Below are positions 22,871-34,243 of a stretch of DNA of 64,000 bases, piece by piece. The stretch covers positions 64,062-128,061 of the forward strand of contig JAUCBJ010001930.1 in NCBI GenBank assembly GCA_032718475.1. The letters are read 5' to 3'. Position numbers and translations under genes: made by a program. This DNA is from Nemertoderma westbladi. Lineage: Eukaryota; Animalia; Xenacoelomorpha. Below the pieces are notes generated by a model that had not been told where the DNA came from, made no database searches, and worked only from the letters and a program-made list of their open reading frames with translations. Position 1 is the stretch's first letter; each line of letters begins with the position of its first letter.

Positions 22871-25054
22871 CTGGAGTCAACTTATTGAAGCGCAATGCCA
22901 CTATGGGCATCCCACGTCCACTGGCTCAACCCAAAGGAGTTCCCATAGACAGAGTAAATGAATTGATTCAACGACTTTGGCAAATAATTCCAAGAAATTT
23001 AATTGGTTTTTGGAATTCGTTAGTTAAAGTGTGATGGTGAACTTAACATGTAAATAATGAAGGACTGCACTACAAGGCAAAGTAGACTGAGTTTGATTTT
23101 GGCGAGCTAGGTTTTAGAAAACTGGTCACATGGTTATACAGTAGCTAGCTAGAATATTTCTAAAAATTTTGCGGAAAAATATGTAACTATAATCGACTGC
23201 CCAGAGTTTAGTTTGAGTACTTTATATTCATTGAATGGTAACCATGATGACGTTACCAGGCAACCAATTATACAGAAATTATCAGCTGTTTATCTCATGT
23301 TTTTGAATTATAATTTGCATTATTTACCAAAACCCAACCCTTAACTACAAAATTCCAAGTATAATTTCCACCCTGCAGTATTATTATTTGAAGATATTAA
23401 ACTATTTGATACCAACTCTTGATAGACAAAACACCCTATATCAGCTTTAAGTTTCATTTCTAGCCAACATTTTCGAGGCAAAACACCCTATAAAATCTTT
23501 TAAGCATTTTTTAAGCTCCCAAATTACAAAAGTTGTGCATCTTTCATTTGAAATATAATAATAAAGTTAGTATATTTGGGTGACTTGCAGTTCAAATTCT
23601 GGTATCCAGGCAGCTGTATAACAAACTTGTAGAAGAAAACGCGTTTCGTTAAATTACTCAAAACACGATTTTTGGAAATAGGGTATTTTGCCTTAAGACG
23701 GCAGTATAGTTTAATATACTTTTTGGTTTGATTATTTGATCAATGTTCTGAAATATCATCTTCACTCACAAAGTATTATTTAATTAGACATGAATGGTGT
23801 ATAATTATGTTAATTTTCATCATATTCTTCGACCACTTTTGTATTCTCATTTTCAATTTCTGATAATTGGCAATTTTGTAAAAAAAATCGGAATTTTCAA
23901 AAAATTGAAAAAATCCACGTATTTTTATGTTTTTTCTTAAAAATATGGGAAAATATTCTGAACTCAAAAAAAGCGGGCGAAGTTTTATTTATAAAGCTTA
24001 TTAAATCTCCTTTCATAAATCACAAAAAAGGTTAAGCAATGGAGGAGGTGTAGTATTATTATTCGTGTGAAAAATTTCATTCAGAGATTTAACCTTCAAA
24101 GTTCAAACCTTCCCGCGCAAAATTGCCTTTATGAGGTCGGGTTAGTTAATGGAAGCGCAGCACTGAGCTAAAATTATGTGGTTCCCCCCCCCCCCCCCCC
24201 CCCTTAAACTTCTAATTCAAAACTGAATATTTTATTATATTTTATTTTAAATATAATAAAAATATTTCACTAAACAAAATTTACTATTTCTGAAAATTCG
24301 GATTAAAGTCGGACAAAAATATGTTACTTTCTTTTTGTTAAAGATTAGTTATTCTGTTACTTATTATTAAAAAATAATACTTATTATGATGAAATAATAA
24401 TTATTGATTAGTGATTATTGATTAAGTTAAGTTATATTTGGAACTATTATGTTTCAGGATTCATTTAATAATTTAATGGGCTTCCTAACCCAAACCCTTA
24501 AATTAAATTAGCATCATATTACATAAGATACATGGGGCACAGCAGAACAATTCTATACAATACCGGAAATCATTACATTGGTAACAAAAGTCTAGTCGAT
24601 CAATTTATGTACAGATAATATACGTAACTAATATGTACTAGGTAAGGAAAGGGTGTAAACGATTCACAGACAGCCGACAAATATAAAACAATAACTTGTG
24701 CTCATAAATATCGCTTATTGTTTTGGTTTTGAAAAGCCTTCCACTGCAACCTGTTTCTTTCCCTCAATTAAAGATCCATTAGCGTTAGTCGGTAGTCTGC
24801 GTAGTGTTTACACCGGAAATAAATTACATTGAATTTGAGAATTAACGTAAACAAATAAAGCAATTATGTCCTTCCACCATATCCAACTGCACCGATCCAC
24901 TGCAACAAAAAACCGATAGTTAGTGCAAAGATAATTATAATCGACTTGATAGCGAACTAACTGACTATACGTTGATTAACCAATTACTAATTAATTTAAA
25001 TAACAAGTCTGTAGGATCGTATTTACGTGTTTGTCTGTTGTTCGTCCCGTAAAT

Positions 25055-26740
25055 TCAACCCATATGGGGGTGTCGCCACTGTGTCTGCGGAACATTGGAT
25101 CGTTTTATAGCGAGAGGAGATGTCCACTTGGTGAGGTAGTAGGAAGTCGCGGTCTTATCGTTGGTTCCGGAGCGACGGGCGCCGCCGAACGGTTGCTGTC
25201 CGACGATGGATCCGGTGCACTTATCGTTGATGTAGAAGTTACCCGCGGCTTCCCGGAGCCCACCCTGCGCCTGGAGGATGGCGGCCTCGTCGCGAGCGAA
25301 TATCGCCCCGCAAAGAGCGTAAGGAGAAGTCGAGTCCACGAGTTCGATAACCGCCGGGAAGTCGGCGTCCTCGTAGACGTAAACCGAGAGAACTGGCCCG
25401 AATATCTCCTCGTTCAAGAGTTTATCGCGGGGGTTGGTTGTCTGCACTATGGTGGGTTGGATGTAGTATCCTATGGAGTCGTCGCAGCCGCCACCGGCCA
25501 GCACAGTGCAGTCGGACGAGGAAGCTGCGTGCTCCAAGTAGGAGCGAATGTTAGCGAAACTCGATGCGTCGATAACCGCGGACATAAAGTTCGAGAAATC
25601 CTCGGGACTTCCGGAAGGAATCTCGGAGTGTATCTTTAGCATTCGTTTAATTACATCCGGGGCTAAGGAGGACGGTAGATAGAGTCTCGAGCAGGCGGAA
25701 CACTTCTGTCCGCTGTATTCGAACGCCGATCGGATCGTGGTCGCGGCCACAACGACGGGGTCCGCGCTCGGGTGCACCAGATGGAAGTTCTTCCCGCCGC
25801 ACTCCCCTATAAGTCGCGGGAAGTTGCGATAGACGCCGATGTTGTCGCCGATGAGTCGCGAGACATTCGCGAAGGTATCGTAACCACCGGTGAAGCTGAT
25901 ACCCGCGAGGGCGGGATGCGCTGTCACGGTGGGTCCCAGGACGCGCCCCTCGGAAGGGAGGAACCCGATGACCCCCGGAGGAACGCCAGCCTCCCGGAGG
26001 ATGTTGAACAGCAACCAGTTGCTAAGTAACGCCCCGTTCGAAGGTTTCCAGAGGACAACGTTGCCCATAATAGCGGGGGAGCCAACTAGATTACCGGCGA
26101 TCGCGGTGAAGTTAAAGGGCGGGATGGCGACGACAAAACCTTCCAGACCGCGGTAGACGGTGGAGTTAGTCGCGTCGACACCGTCGGCCGGTTGCTCGTT
26201 CTGCAAAGCCCGCGAGTAATGCGCGTTGTATCGCCAGAAGTCAATAAGCTCGCAGGTAGAGTCGATTTCCGCCTGTATCGGGGTTTTCCCTTGGCCCAAC
26301 ATCGTAGCAGCGAGCACCTGGTATCGATACTTTCCGCTGATTAAATCCGCGGCTTTATCGAATATTTCAGCTCTATCGAGCGGGTCGCGTCGTTCCCATT
26401 GTTTACGCACAGCCAACCCTGCCTCTATGGCTTTAGTTATGGTTTCTGCATCCGCGATGTGGGCCGTCGCTAGTGTTTGTGAGTGATCGTAAGGAGATAC
26501 CTGTTTGCGTATGTTCCCCGTTCTTACCTCTTCCCCTCCTACTACTACGGGTATATCTAGGGGCCCCGACTGTTTCATCTCCATTAGCGCCGCCTTTAGT
26601 TTGACTGCTTCTTCACTATCGGGTCGGAATAGCATGACAGGTTCGTTTTTCGGCGCCGTCTGAGTGCCACTCAGTGAACGACGGCATAGCGTTCTTCCAA
26701 TATTCCGCATACGAGGTAGACCTACAACCCGTAACGCCAT
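25055..26740 (-). CDS. ALDH4A1: Delta-1-pyrroline-5-carboxylate dehydrogenase, mitochondrial
   Basis: Single ORF with ALDH motifs PFNF, GECGGKN, EYSGQKCSA, EEIFGP and PFGGARRSGTNDK, and an Arg-rich N-terminal presequence. The first ATG is at 26740 (the track starts at the preceding TTG). Confidence 0.95.
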   Translation of the reverse strand: MALRVVGLPRMRNIGRTLCRRSLSGTQTAPKNEPVMLFRPDSEEAVKLKAALMEMKQSGPLDIPVVVGGEEVRTGNIRKQVSPYDHSQTLATAHIADAETITKAIEAGLAVRKQWERRDPLDRAEIFDKAADLISGKYRYQVLAATMLGQGKTPIQAEIDSTCELIDFWRYNAHYSRALQNEQPADGVDATNSTVYRGLEGFVVAIPPFNFTAIAGNLVGSPAIMGNVVLWKPSNGALLSNWLLFNILREAGVPPGVIGFLPSEGRVLGPTVTAHPALAGISFTGGYDTFANVSRLIGDNIGVYRNFPRLIGECGGKNFHLVHPSADPVVVAATTIRSAFEYSGQKCSACSRLYLPSSLAPDVIKRMLKIHSEIPSGSPEDFSNFMSAVIDASSFANIRSYLEHAASSSDCTVLAGGGCDDSIGYYIQPTIVQTTNPRDKLLNEEIFGPVLSVYVYEDADFPAVIELVDSTSPYALCGAIFARDEAAILQAQGGLREAAGNFYINDKCTGSIVGQQPFGGARRSGTNDKTATSYYLTKWTSPLAIKRSNVPQTQWRHPHMG

Positions 26741-28138
26741 CAATGATATATTATGTTTAGGGACACTTATCAGCTTATTACAGTATTCTGGTATTAACAG
26801 ATTGATGATTAGGGATGTATGTAGGCTAGGGCCTAATATGTAAATAAATGAATTTGAGTTGTGCTGTTAATGCAACTGCAGAACTGTAATAAAGATATAA
26901 TAATATGGTTTTGTTCAGAAATGGAAAAAATTAGAAAGCGCGTAGGCCTAAATAAATAATTATTAATAATCCGATAAATTAATATGAAAAATCAATTTAA
27001 ATAAACTGAAACTGAAAAAATAAGTGATCTCATATTCATTATGCATTACCCACCACACCAGTCAGTTAGTAGCAGTATACCATACCGGTACATACTGGTA
27101 CTGGTACAGTCAACAGTCTGTGAGTCTGACAGTCACGTTCCAGCGTTCTGACGTTTCGGGTACAAACGCAATACCGTACAGCAGCAATACAAAATTTTTA
27201 TTAATTTATATGAGTTTGTACGGAATATTTGTATTGAATTTGAAGGCACCCCAATTGTGACATTCCCGCAATACTTATGAACTTTATTGTACCGGTTGGG
27301 TTATACCTGTATTGTATATTGCAGTTTGTTACTGCAGTAGGTATCGAACTTAAACTTCCTACCCGAATCCGATTATAGATCCTCAGTTTTTGAATTTCCC
27401 GCGCACAAGAGGTAGAAGTGCCTATAATATATGATCGCAATAATTATTATTTAAAAGTAATCACCACACTATATATGTCGGTAATTTACCCCCAAAAAGT
27501 ACGCCAATCTATGTATGTGGATTGTGGAGTTAACGTATAACTAGCGACAATGCAATATAGGTAATTGGTTTCGATAAATTGAACGCTTTAATAGCCCAAT
27601 GTCCGTATGGTCAACCTATCGCTATCACTGTCTAATAATGTAATTTACATTACATTACACAGTGTAAAGGTTGCAGTAACTGATAACAATAAAGAGCAAA
27701 CATCTACATAATTATTATTATTAGCAAGTCGTTAGACTTGATTACTGTAATGTAAGAAAAAAAAAGGTACGGACTACTGCGGGATGTATACTGACACTGA
27801 CTGACTACTGACCTAGAGCAAAAACGGCGCTAGCGATTTTAATGAAATTTTGCATGGACCATGAAAATAGATTTCTATGGGTACTTGTGAAATCGCGGTT
27901 TAAATTGAAACATCTCAACTTGTTTTATTTCGAAAAATAGCCCTAAAACACGAAAATTGCCATAGGCGCAATGATAAACACACCAGCTGGCACTCATGAA
28001 AAATGTATAGAGATGGCCTGGTAATGCATTCAATAGGATGGGCCAACTAACAAAGAAGTACTTTCTGTGCCAAGTATTATCACTCTACTCTACAACCCAG
28101 ACAGTAAGCAAATATTAACTGGTTTAGCTGGCTATTAC

Positions 28139-28528
28139 GGGTTTTACTTTTCAACGTATACCGTACGTATCCACGTACAGATTTTAATATATTTTCAAGC
28201 AAAAATAATAAAATCGGTCCCCCCGGACCCGGACCATATCCGCGGGGGGGGGGGGGGGGGGGGGACAGAATCCGCTGTTACACCGGTACTACTACCTGAC
28301 TACAGCAATTATCCTGCCTGACATACTAATGTTGTACCGGTAATGGCAGAATGGTAATGCAAAACACCAAGGTACTGTAAATAGGCCTACAGCTACAGAG
28401 ACACTGTTGACTTGACAATAATCATCTGGACCAATCAGGAAACAGTATTCGCCTACGTGTATGTGAAATCGCTCAATGTAATGTATAGATACGTGGATAC
28501 GTACGGAATACGTTGAAAAGTAAAACCC
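28139..28528. mobile_element. Mutator-like MITE
   Basis: ~39-bp TIRs GGGTTTTACTTTTCAACGTAT(A/T)CCGTACGTATCCACGTA and a 9-bp TSD GGCTATTAC (28130-28138, 28529-28537). Confidence 0.9.
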
Positions 28529-29040
28529 GGCTATTACAGTCTCAGCTGAATAACTTTTACCCATGCATCCTATGGAAAATCTACAACTCTATTGTCAGTA
28601 ACGCCTATTGCAGTATTCTGGCGCAGGATTAGATTCGAGGCATAGGTCACAGGTTTAGATTTATTTGCCAACAATATATGATTATATTACGTACATACAC
28701 AACACTGTAACTGCGGAACTGTATGATGACTAAAAAAGAAGAAAATTGCGAACGAAAGTATATAGTACTTATGTATACCTACCGGTATGTAGCTGCTTAA
28801 CTCCGCGGGTCTGACAGCTATTATTGGGCATTGCTCATAATCTAGTATAACACTGCGATGATGCTGCTAATATATAACAAATAATAAATAATATACGAAC
28901 TGATATCCAATATCAGCTTATGTACATGGCAAACGTAGGCAGCGAATCAAACTCGATGTAATATATAAGCCTTAGAATACCACCAACTGAATCAAGGAAC
29001 CAAAATACCGGTACCGGTACCGGAAACCCAAACAAAAATT

Positions 29041-30006
29041 ATGCCGAAGCGAAGTGGAGAACAGAAATCAAAAGTGACAGGTAACCTCAGTAAATCGTTT
29101 TCTAATGAAATGAATCAAATTCTAGGATTAGAGGAAAATTTAACATCTTTTGAAGACAGAATTGAGAAGATTATTATATCGAAACTAGGTGAATATACAC
29201 AGGGTATATCCAGCTCCCCGGATGAACCAAATCCAGCAAATTTATCCACGAAAGCATCTACTGCCGGGGAACCAGTCACACCGTTGTTATCGGCTAAGCA
29301 GAGAGCATCATTGATTTCGAGTATAAAGGAAAATGTGAACTACGAGCTGGAGAAGATACGGGAATCCATCAATGAAATCAAGAATACGCTACAAAATCAA
29401 CAGGATGTTCTTAGCCGTCGACAAGATGATATTGAACAATATTCGCGAAGGAATTGTATAATTATCCATGGAGTCGCACATGAACCACGGGAAAAAACGG
29501 AAAATGATACATGGGCCGTTGTCCAGCAATTCTTCCTACAGCAGTTGGACCTTACTGTGGAGGAATGGGAAGTAGATCGTTGCCATCGACTTACAACTAC
29601 TATTCGCAAAGTTGGTTCATCTGTTCCTAGAATGTCGAAAGAAATCACTCCTCCAATTATTGTGAAATTGTGCCGCTACCGTTTCCGTGCTCGCATCTTC
29701 TCAGCTGTTCGCCGTTTGAAGGGCTCACCATTCTTTATAACAGAGTGCCTAACGAGATACCGCCAAACGATCCTAAAGAAGTCAAGGGAAATTGGGATAG
29801 CATGGTCACGAGACGGACGTATATTTGGAATTGACAAAAATGATCGTCGGTTTGAGATTTCTACTACTGAAGATACTAAGTTGATGAAAACGTTCACAAG
29901 GCAAGAGCGTCTATCAAGAAATGAGAAGCGACAGACTGCCACAGTTGTAGAATCCCCACGTTCAGAAAATGATCCAATGTTTCTAGGCTTCGCTCCTACT
30001 GAGTAA
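29041..30006 (+). CDS. LINE ORF1 protein (coiled coil plus RRM-like and C-terminal domain)
   Basis: Coiled coil followed by DDIEQYSRRNCIIIHGV, VDRCHRL, PPIIVKL, FITECLT and AWSRDGRIF, typical of L1-type/L2-group ORF1. Confidence 0.85.
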   Translation: MPKRSGEQKSKVTGNLSKSFSNEMNQILGLEENLTSFEDRIEKIIISKLGEYTQGISSSPDEPNPANLSTKASTAGEPVTPLLSAKQRASLISSIKENVNYELEKIRESINEIKNTLQNQQDVLSRRQDDIEQYSRRNCIIIHGVAHEPREKTENDTWAVVQQFFLQQLDLTVEEWEVDRCHRLTTTIRKVGSSVPRMSKEITPPIIVKLCRYRFRARIFSAVRRLKGSPFFITECLTRYRQTILKKSREIGIAWSRDGRIFGIDKNDRRFEISTTEDTKLMKTFTRQERLSRNEKRQTATVVESPRSENDPMFLGFAPTE

Positions 30007-30628
30007 TCATTTATAGTATAGCTATAGACCATGCCGGTACCGTACCGTACCGGAAGAGAAACACGTTTTGAGTTGATTTATAAGGATTTGATTCAGTTTT
30101 GTGTTAACTTTTTTCAGTATAAAACTTTCTTTCAATTTTTCAGGAATTCATAGTTTAATGCCATGTTTCATAAACTGGTGGCACCATCCCGACCTATAAT
30201 CCCCTAACTATATTCCCATCCCTTTTTTTTTACAAACCATTTGATTGGGGATATAAAGTACATAAACAAACATACAACATATATATATATTATATATATA
30301 CATGTACTTAAATATATTGGGCAAATTTATTTGTCCAAAATCGCCGTCACCCTGCAACATTTTGTAGAGCTTGCTTTTAGTACTTTTGTTTTGCTTTTTG
30401 TTTTTGTTGTTTGGACTTTGACTCATTCAAACTGTTCTTTATAGGTATCTGTAGTTTACTTTCTTATTTAGTTAGTCTCAGTAGGAAGGCCTAATTATAT
30501 TGCATGACTTCCTATATTCAGTAGTGTAGATAAAAATCACACCTAAATTTTTCTAGTTGTAGTTGTTCCTCCTCTATACATTTTTTAGAGGGGATTTGCT
30601 TTCATCTTTAAACTGGTACCAACTTCAA

Positions 30629-33600
30629 ATGCTCGAGAAATGCCAAAAATGTACTAAAAATATAAATTCTAACAATAAGAAAGTATTACACTGTTGGATA
30701 TGTAACGCAAAATATCACGTTAAGTGTTTTTCCTTAATAAAAAAAGATATTGATTTTTTTCTTTCGAATTCACGATGGATCTGTACAAATTGTATTGTTA
30801 ATATTTTTCCCTTTCAAAACATTGAAGACGATTCAGAATATTTATTATCAATTAATGACTATCGTCTACCATCCATTATAAATAGAGATCTATTAAATTC
30901 TAGTATAGCGAACTTTTTCACCACAGATGAAAGAGATGGAAATGGAGTAGATGGACAGCTGGACCCAGACACTAATTTTTATCATAATATTAAATGCGAC
31001 TACCATTCTGATTTTTCACTTCTTAATAATTCTTCTAAATTTTCCTTTATGCACACCAATATTCGTAGTCTCAACAAGAATTTAGATAATCTCGCATACA
31101 TGCTACAATGCATATCTGAGCCCCCACGAATTATTGGCATAACTGAAACTTGGCAAAATAATCTCAATCATGATTCCTTTGCCTTAAAAAACTACGACTT
31201 TGAATATGATTATAGAAAAAATCAAAATGGTGGTGGAACTGGTATATATATTCATAATTCGCTTAATTATATTAAGCGAAATGATCTCAATATATTCAAT
31301 TCAGGCCTGTTTGAATCTACATTTATAGAATGGCAACGAGGGTCTAATAAAAATATTATATTTGGTTGCATTTATCGCCCGCCTAACTCAGATTTGGAGG
31401 AATTTCTCAAATTACTCAGTTCAACCTTAACAAAAATCAACAATGAAGGTAAAATTTGTTATCTTATGGGTGATTTCAACATAAATATACTGCATATAAA
31501 CACATCACCAATAGCGCATACATTTTTTGAAACCATATCATCTCACTGTTTTTTGCCCGTAATAAATAAGCCTACGCGAATAACAGACACGACCTCAACC
31601 GCAATAGACAACATTCTAACAAATGATTATTCAACTATTTGCGAATCAGGTATAATTATAGCAGATATATCTGACCACCTTCCTATTTTTGCAATCTGTG
31701 ATATTGCGCATAATTCCGTACCACCACCACCAAATTTCTACACTAAAAGGGACACCTCCGATTCTAATATAAATAAATTTTTGAACGCTCTTGGCAATAA
31801 ATCAAAACATAATGAATGGGAAACAATCCTGAATGAAACCGATGCAACTGAAGCGTACAACAAGTTTATATCAGAATACCAAAATTTATTTGTGCTAAAC
31901 TTTCCATTTAAACAATTTAAATTAATAAACATTGAAAAACCATGGATAACAAATTCTATTTATGCTTGTATCAAAAGGAAACAAAAATTATTTTCCTCAT
32001 TCATAAAAACTAAAACGGAAGAAACAAAGACATCTTACACGAAATATAAAAATTTACTAACAACTTTAATCCGAAACTCAAAAAAACGTCATTTTTCACA
32101 TCTCTTTGAAAAATTTAAATATAATATTAGTCAAACCTGGAATACTATAAAAGTACTTACTAATAGGAACAAGTCGTCTAGCTATCCATCTACTTTCCTA
32201 GTCAGGTCAAAATTGGAGGAAGATGAATATTGTATTTCAAATGCATTTAATAACCACTATGTATCTGTCGGAGAAAAACTTGCAAGTAAAATTCCAACTA
32301 CAGATAGACCCGTGGCCACATTCCTGAAAAACCCAACCCTAAATTCAATGTTTTTGGATACCATTTCTGAAAATGATTTACTGAAATGTGCAATGTCTTT
32401 GAATAATAAAAAGTCAATCGGGCTTGATGGCGTTGATCCAGTATTAGCACGGTCAGCACTTCCAAAAATTGCAACTCCCTTAACGCACATAATTAATTTA
32501 TCTTTACTCACAGGTGTTGTGCCAGACCAATTAAAATGCGCTAAAGTTGTACCAGTATTTAAAAGGGGTAATAAAAATATAATAACAAACTATCGTCCAA
32601 TTAGCGTACTACCATATTTCTCAAAAATCCTTGAAAAAATTGTAAGCATACAACTCCTCGAATTTATTAAAAGAGAAAAAATATTAACCTCAAAACAGTT
32701 TGGCTTCCAAACTAAAAAATCAACTGAAACTGCGCTTTCATCTCTGTTACATGACCTTTTGACTGAAAACGAGAATAATAATATCACTGTGGGTCTGTTC
32801 CTGGACCTCTCTAAGGCGTTTGATACTGTCAACCATAAAATATTAATTCAAAAACTCGAACACTACGGTATTCGTGGGACGCCTTTGGATTGGTTCAGGA
32901 GCTACCTAACAGATCGTCGGCAAAAAGTGCTATTTAAATCGACCCTATCAAATTCTAGTACAATAACTTGTGGCGTTCCACAAGGGTCTATTCTTGGACC
33001 GGTACTATTTCTGATTTATATTAATGATATTACAGAATGTTCATCCATTCTAAATTTTGTTCTTTTTGCCGATGACACGAATATTTTCCACTCAGGATCT
33101 GACTTAAATATACTCATAGATCAACTTAACAGCGAATTACTTAATATATATAAATGGCTTGCAACAAATAAACTATCCCTAAATTTAGATAAAACTAAGT
33201 TTATAATATTTTCTACTAAACAATACAGCTGGGCAAACAAACACATTTTGATTAACGGAAACTTAATCGAAAAAGTAAATGAAATGAAATTTCTTGGAAT
33301 TATTATAAGTAGTGATTTAAAATGGAACAAGCATATTCAATACATACGACTAAAAATAGCTAAAAATGTGGGAATTCTTGGTAAACTTAAACATTTCATC
33401 CCGTACAAAATTCGCCTGACATTATACCACACACTGATCCGCCCATATCTCACATTCGCACTTACGGTATGGGGCAATGGTGCCAGTTCAAATAGTACAG
33501 CTACAAATTCATTACTTATTTTACAAAAAAGGGCAATTCGCTACATACACTTAAAACATTCACAATACCATACAGAGGAACTCATGAAAACCCAGAACGA

Positions 33601-33919
33601 ATTAACACTATCTAATATATATAAATATCAATGTTTACTTTTCATGTACAAATCTATTAATGGAAAACTAGATCTTCCAGAAAATTTAAAATCTATTTTA
33701 ATAGTAAATCGACAGTTTCACAATTACAACACTCGTACAATGTACAATATTCATCTTCCTCTATATCGCAAATCATTAACTCAAACTGCAGTAACTTACC
33801 AAGGCCCACTATACTGGAATGACCTTCTCCCTGAAATACGCAGATCTCCTACATTAAATCAATTCAAAAATAATCTCAAAAAAGAATTACTGACTTCCCA
33901 ACACAAGGTAAACAAATAA
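30629..33919 (+). CDS. LINE ORF2: PHD finger, AP endonuclease and reverse transcriptase
   Basis: C4HC3 PHD at the N-terminus; APE motifs NIRS, TETW, GDFN and SDH; RT motifs QFGF, LDLSKAFD, GVPQGSILGP and FADD. Uninterrupted; first ATG at 30629. Confidence 0.93.
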   Translation: MLEKCQKCTKNINSNNKKVLHCWICNAKYHVKCFSLIKKDIDFFLSNSRWICTNCIVNIFPFQNIEDDSEYLLSINDYRLPSIINRDLLNSSIANFFTTDERDGNGVDGQLDPDTNFYHNIKCDYHSDFSLLNNSSKFSFMHTNIRSLNKNLDNLAYMLQCISEPPRIIGITETWQNNLNHDSFALKNYDFEYDYRKNQNGGGTGIYIHNSLNYIKRNDLNIFNSGLFESTFIEWQRGSNKNIIFGCIYRPPNSDLEEFLKLLSSTLTKINNEGKICYLMGDFNINILHINTSPIAHTFFETISSHCFLPVINKPTRITDTTSTAIDNILTNDYSTICESGIIIADISDHLPIFAICDIAHNSVPPPPNFYTKRDTSDSNINKFLNALGNKSKHNEWETILNETDATEAYNKFISEYQNLFVLNFPFKQFKLINIEKPWITNSIYACIKRKQKLFSSFIKTKTEETKTSYTKYKNLLTTLIRNSKKRHFSHLFEKFKYNISQTWNTIKVLTNRNKSSSYPSTFLVRSKLEEDEYCISNAFNNHYVSVGEKLASKIPTTDRPVATFLKNPTLNSMFLDTISENDLLKCAMSLNNKKSIGLDGVDPVLARSALPKIATPLTHIINLSLLTGVVPDQLKCAKVVPVFKRGNKNIITNYRPISVLPYFSKILEKIVSIQLLEFIKREKILTSKQFGFQTKKSTETALSSLLHDLLTENENNNITVGLFLDLSKAFDTVNHKILIQKLEHYGIRGTPLDWFRSYLTDRRQKVLFKSTLSNSSTITCGVPQGSILGPVLFLIYINDITECSSILNFVLFADDTNIFHSGSDLNILIDQLNSELLNIYKWLATNKLSLNLDKTKFIIFSTKQYSWANKHILINGNLIEKVNEMKFLGIIISSDLKWNKHIQYIRLKIAKNVGILGKLKHFIPYKIRLTLYHTLIRPYLTFALTVWGNGASSNSTATNSLLILQKRAIRYIHLKHSQYHTEELMKTQNELTLSNIYKYQCLLFMYKSINGKLDLPENLKSILIVNRQFHNYNTRTMYNIHLPLYRKSLTQTAVTYQGPLYWNDLLPEIRRSPTLNQFKNNLKKELLTSQHKVNK

Positions 33920-34243
33920 AATACAGTATCTACTGTACATAAGCATAGATATTGTTCAATAAGGAATAAACAAAGACTGCCGAACAGTGTAATACCAAAA
34001 TACCAATGAGACATAACTTTATTATTTTATAAGCTTTTTAAGTGCCAAATAAGCTTGCTTCCGGCACCTTAACTAGCACGTTGGTACCAGGGGGGGGGGG
34101 GGGGGGGGTGTAGTTTTTTTTTTTTTTTATATTAATTGCATGTTATAATTATTCACTAAACATTATACAACGAATATTAAAGGCTTGGGCGGGCCGCTAA
34201 ACCGTGCCTTATTATTATTAAAAAAAAAAAAAAAAAAAAAAAA

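Larger units (their letters stand above)
28900..34243 (+). mobile_element. Apparently intact LINE, L2/Crack-Daphne-like; 5' boundary approximate
   Basis: ORF1, spacer, PHD-APE-RT ORF2, and a 3' UTR ending in a stem-loop, (TTA)n and poly(A) at ~34220-34243. Confidence 0.85.

Noticed and set aside
21951-22961. 319-aa and 237-aa low-complexity ORFs
   Set aside because: Products of the 19/21-bp minisatellite.
25055-26740. Bacterial contamination or recent HGT of P5C dehydrogenase
   Set aside because: It has a mitochondrial-type presequence and AT-rich eukaryotic flanks, and the eukaryote-specific MCRS1 shows the same GC-rich intronless style. Phylogeny was not run.
28901-28906. TGATAT as the LINE target-site duplication
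   Set aside because: A 6-bp AT-rich match is likely by chance, and the LINE 5' end is not defined.
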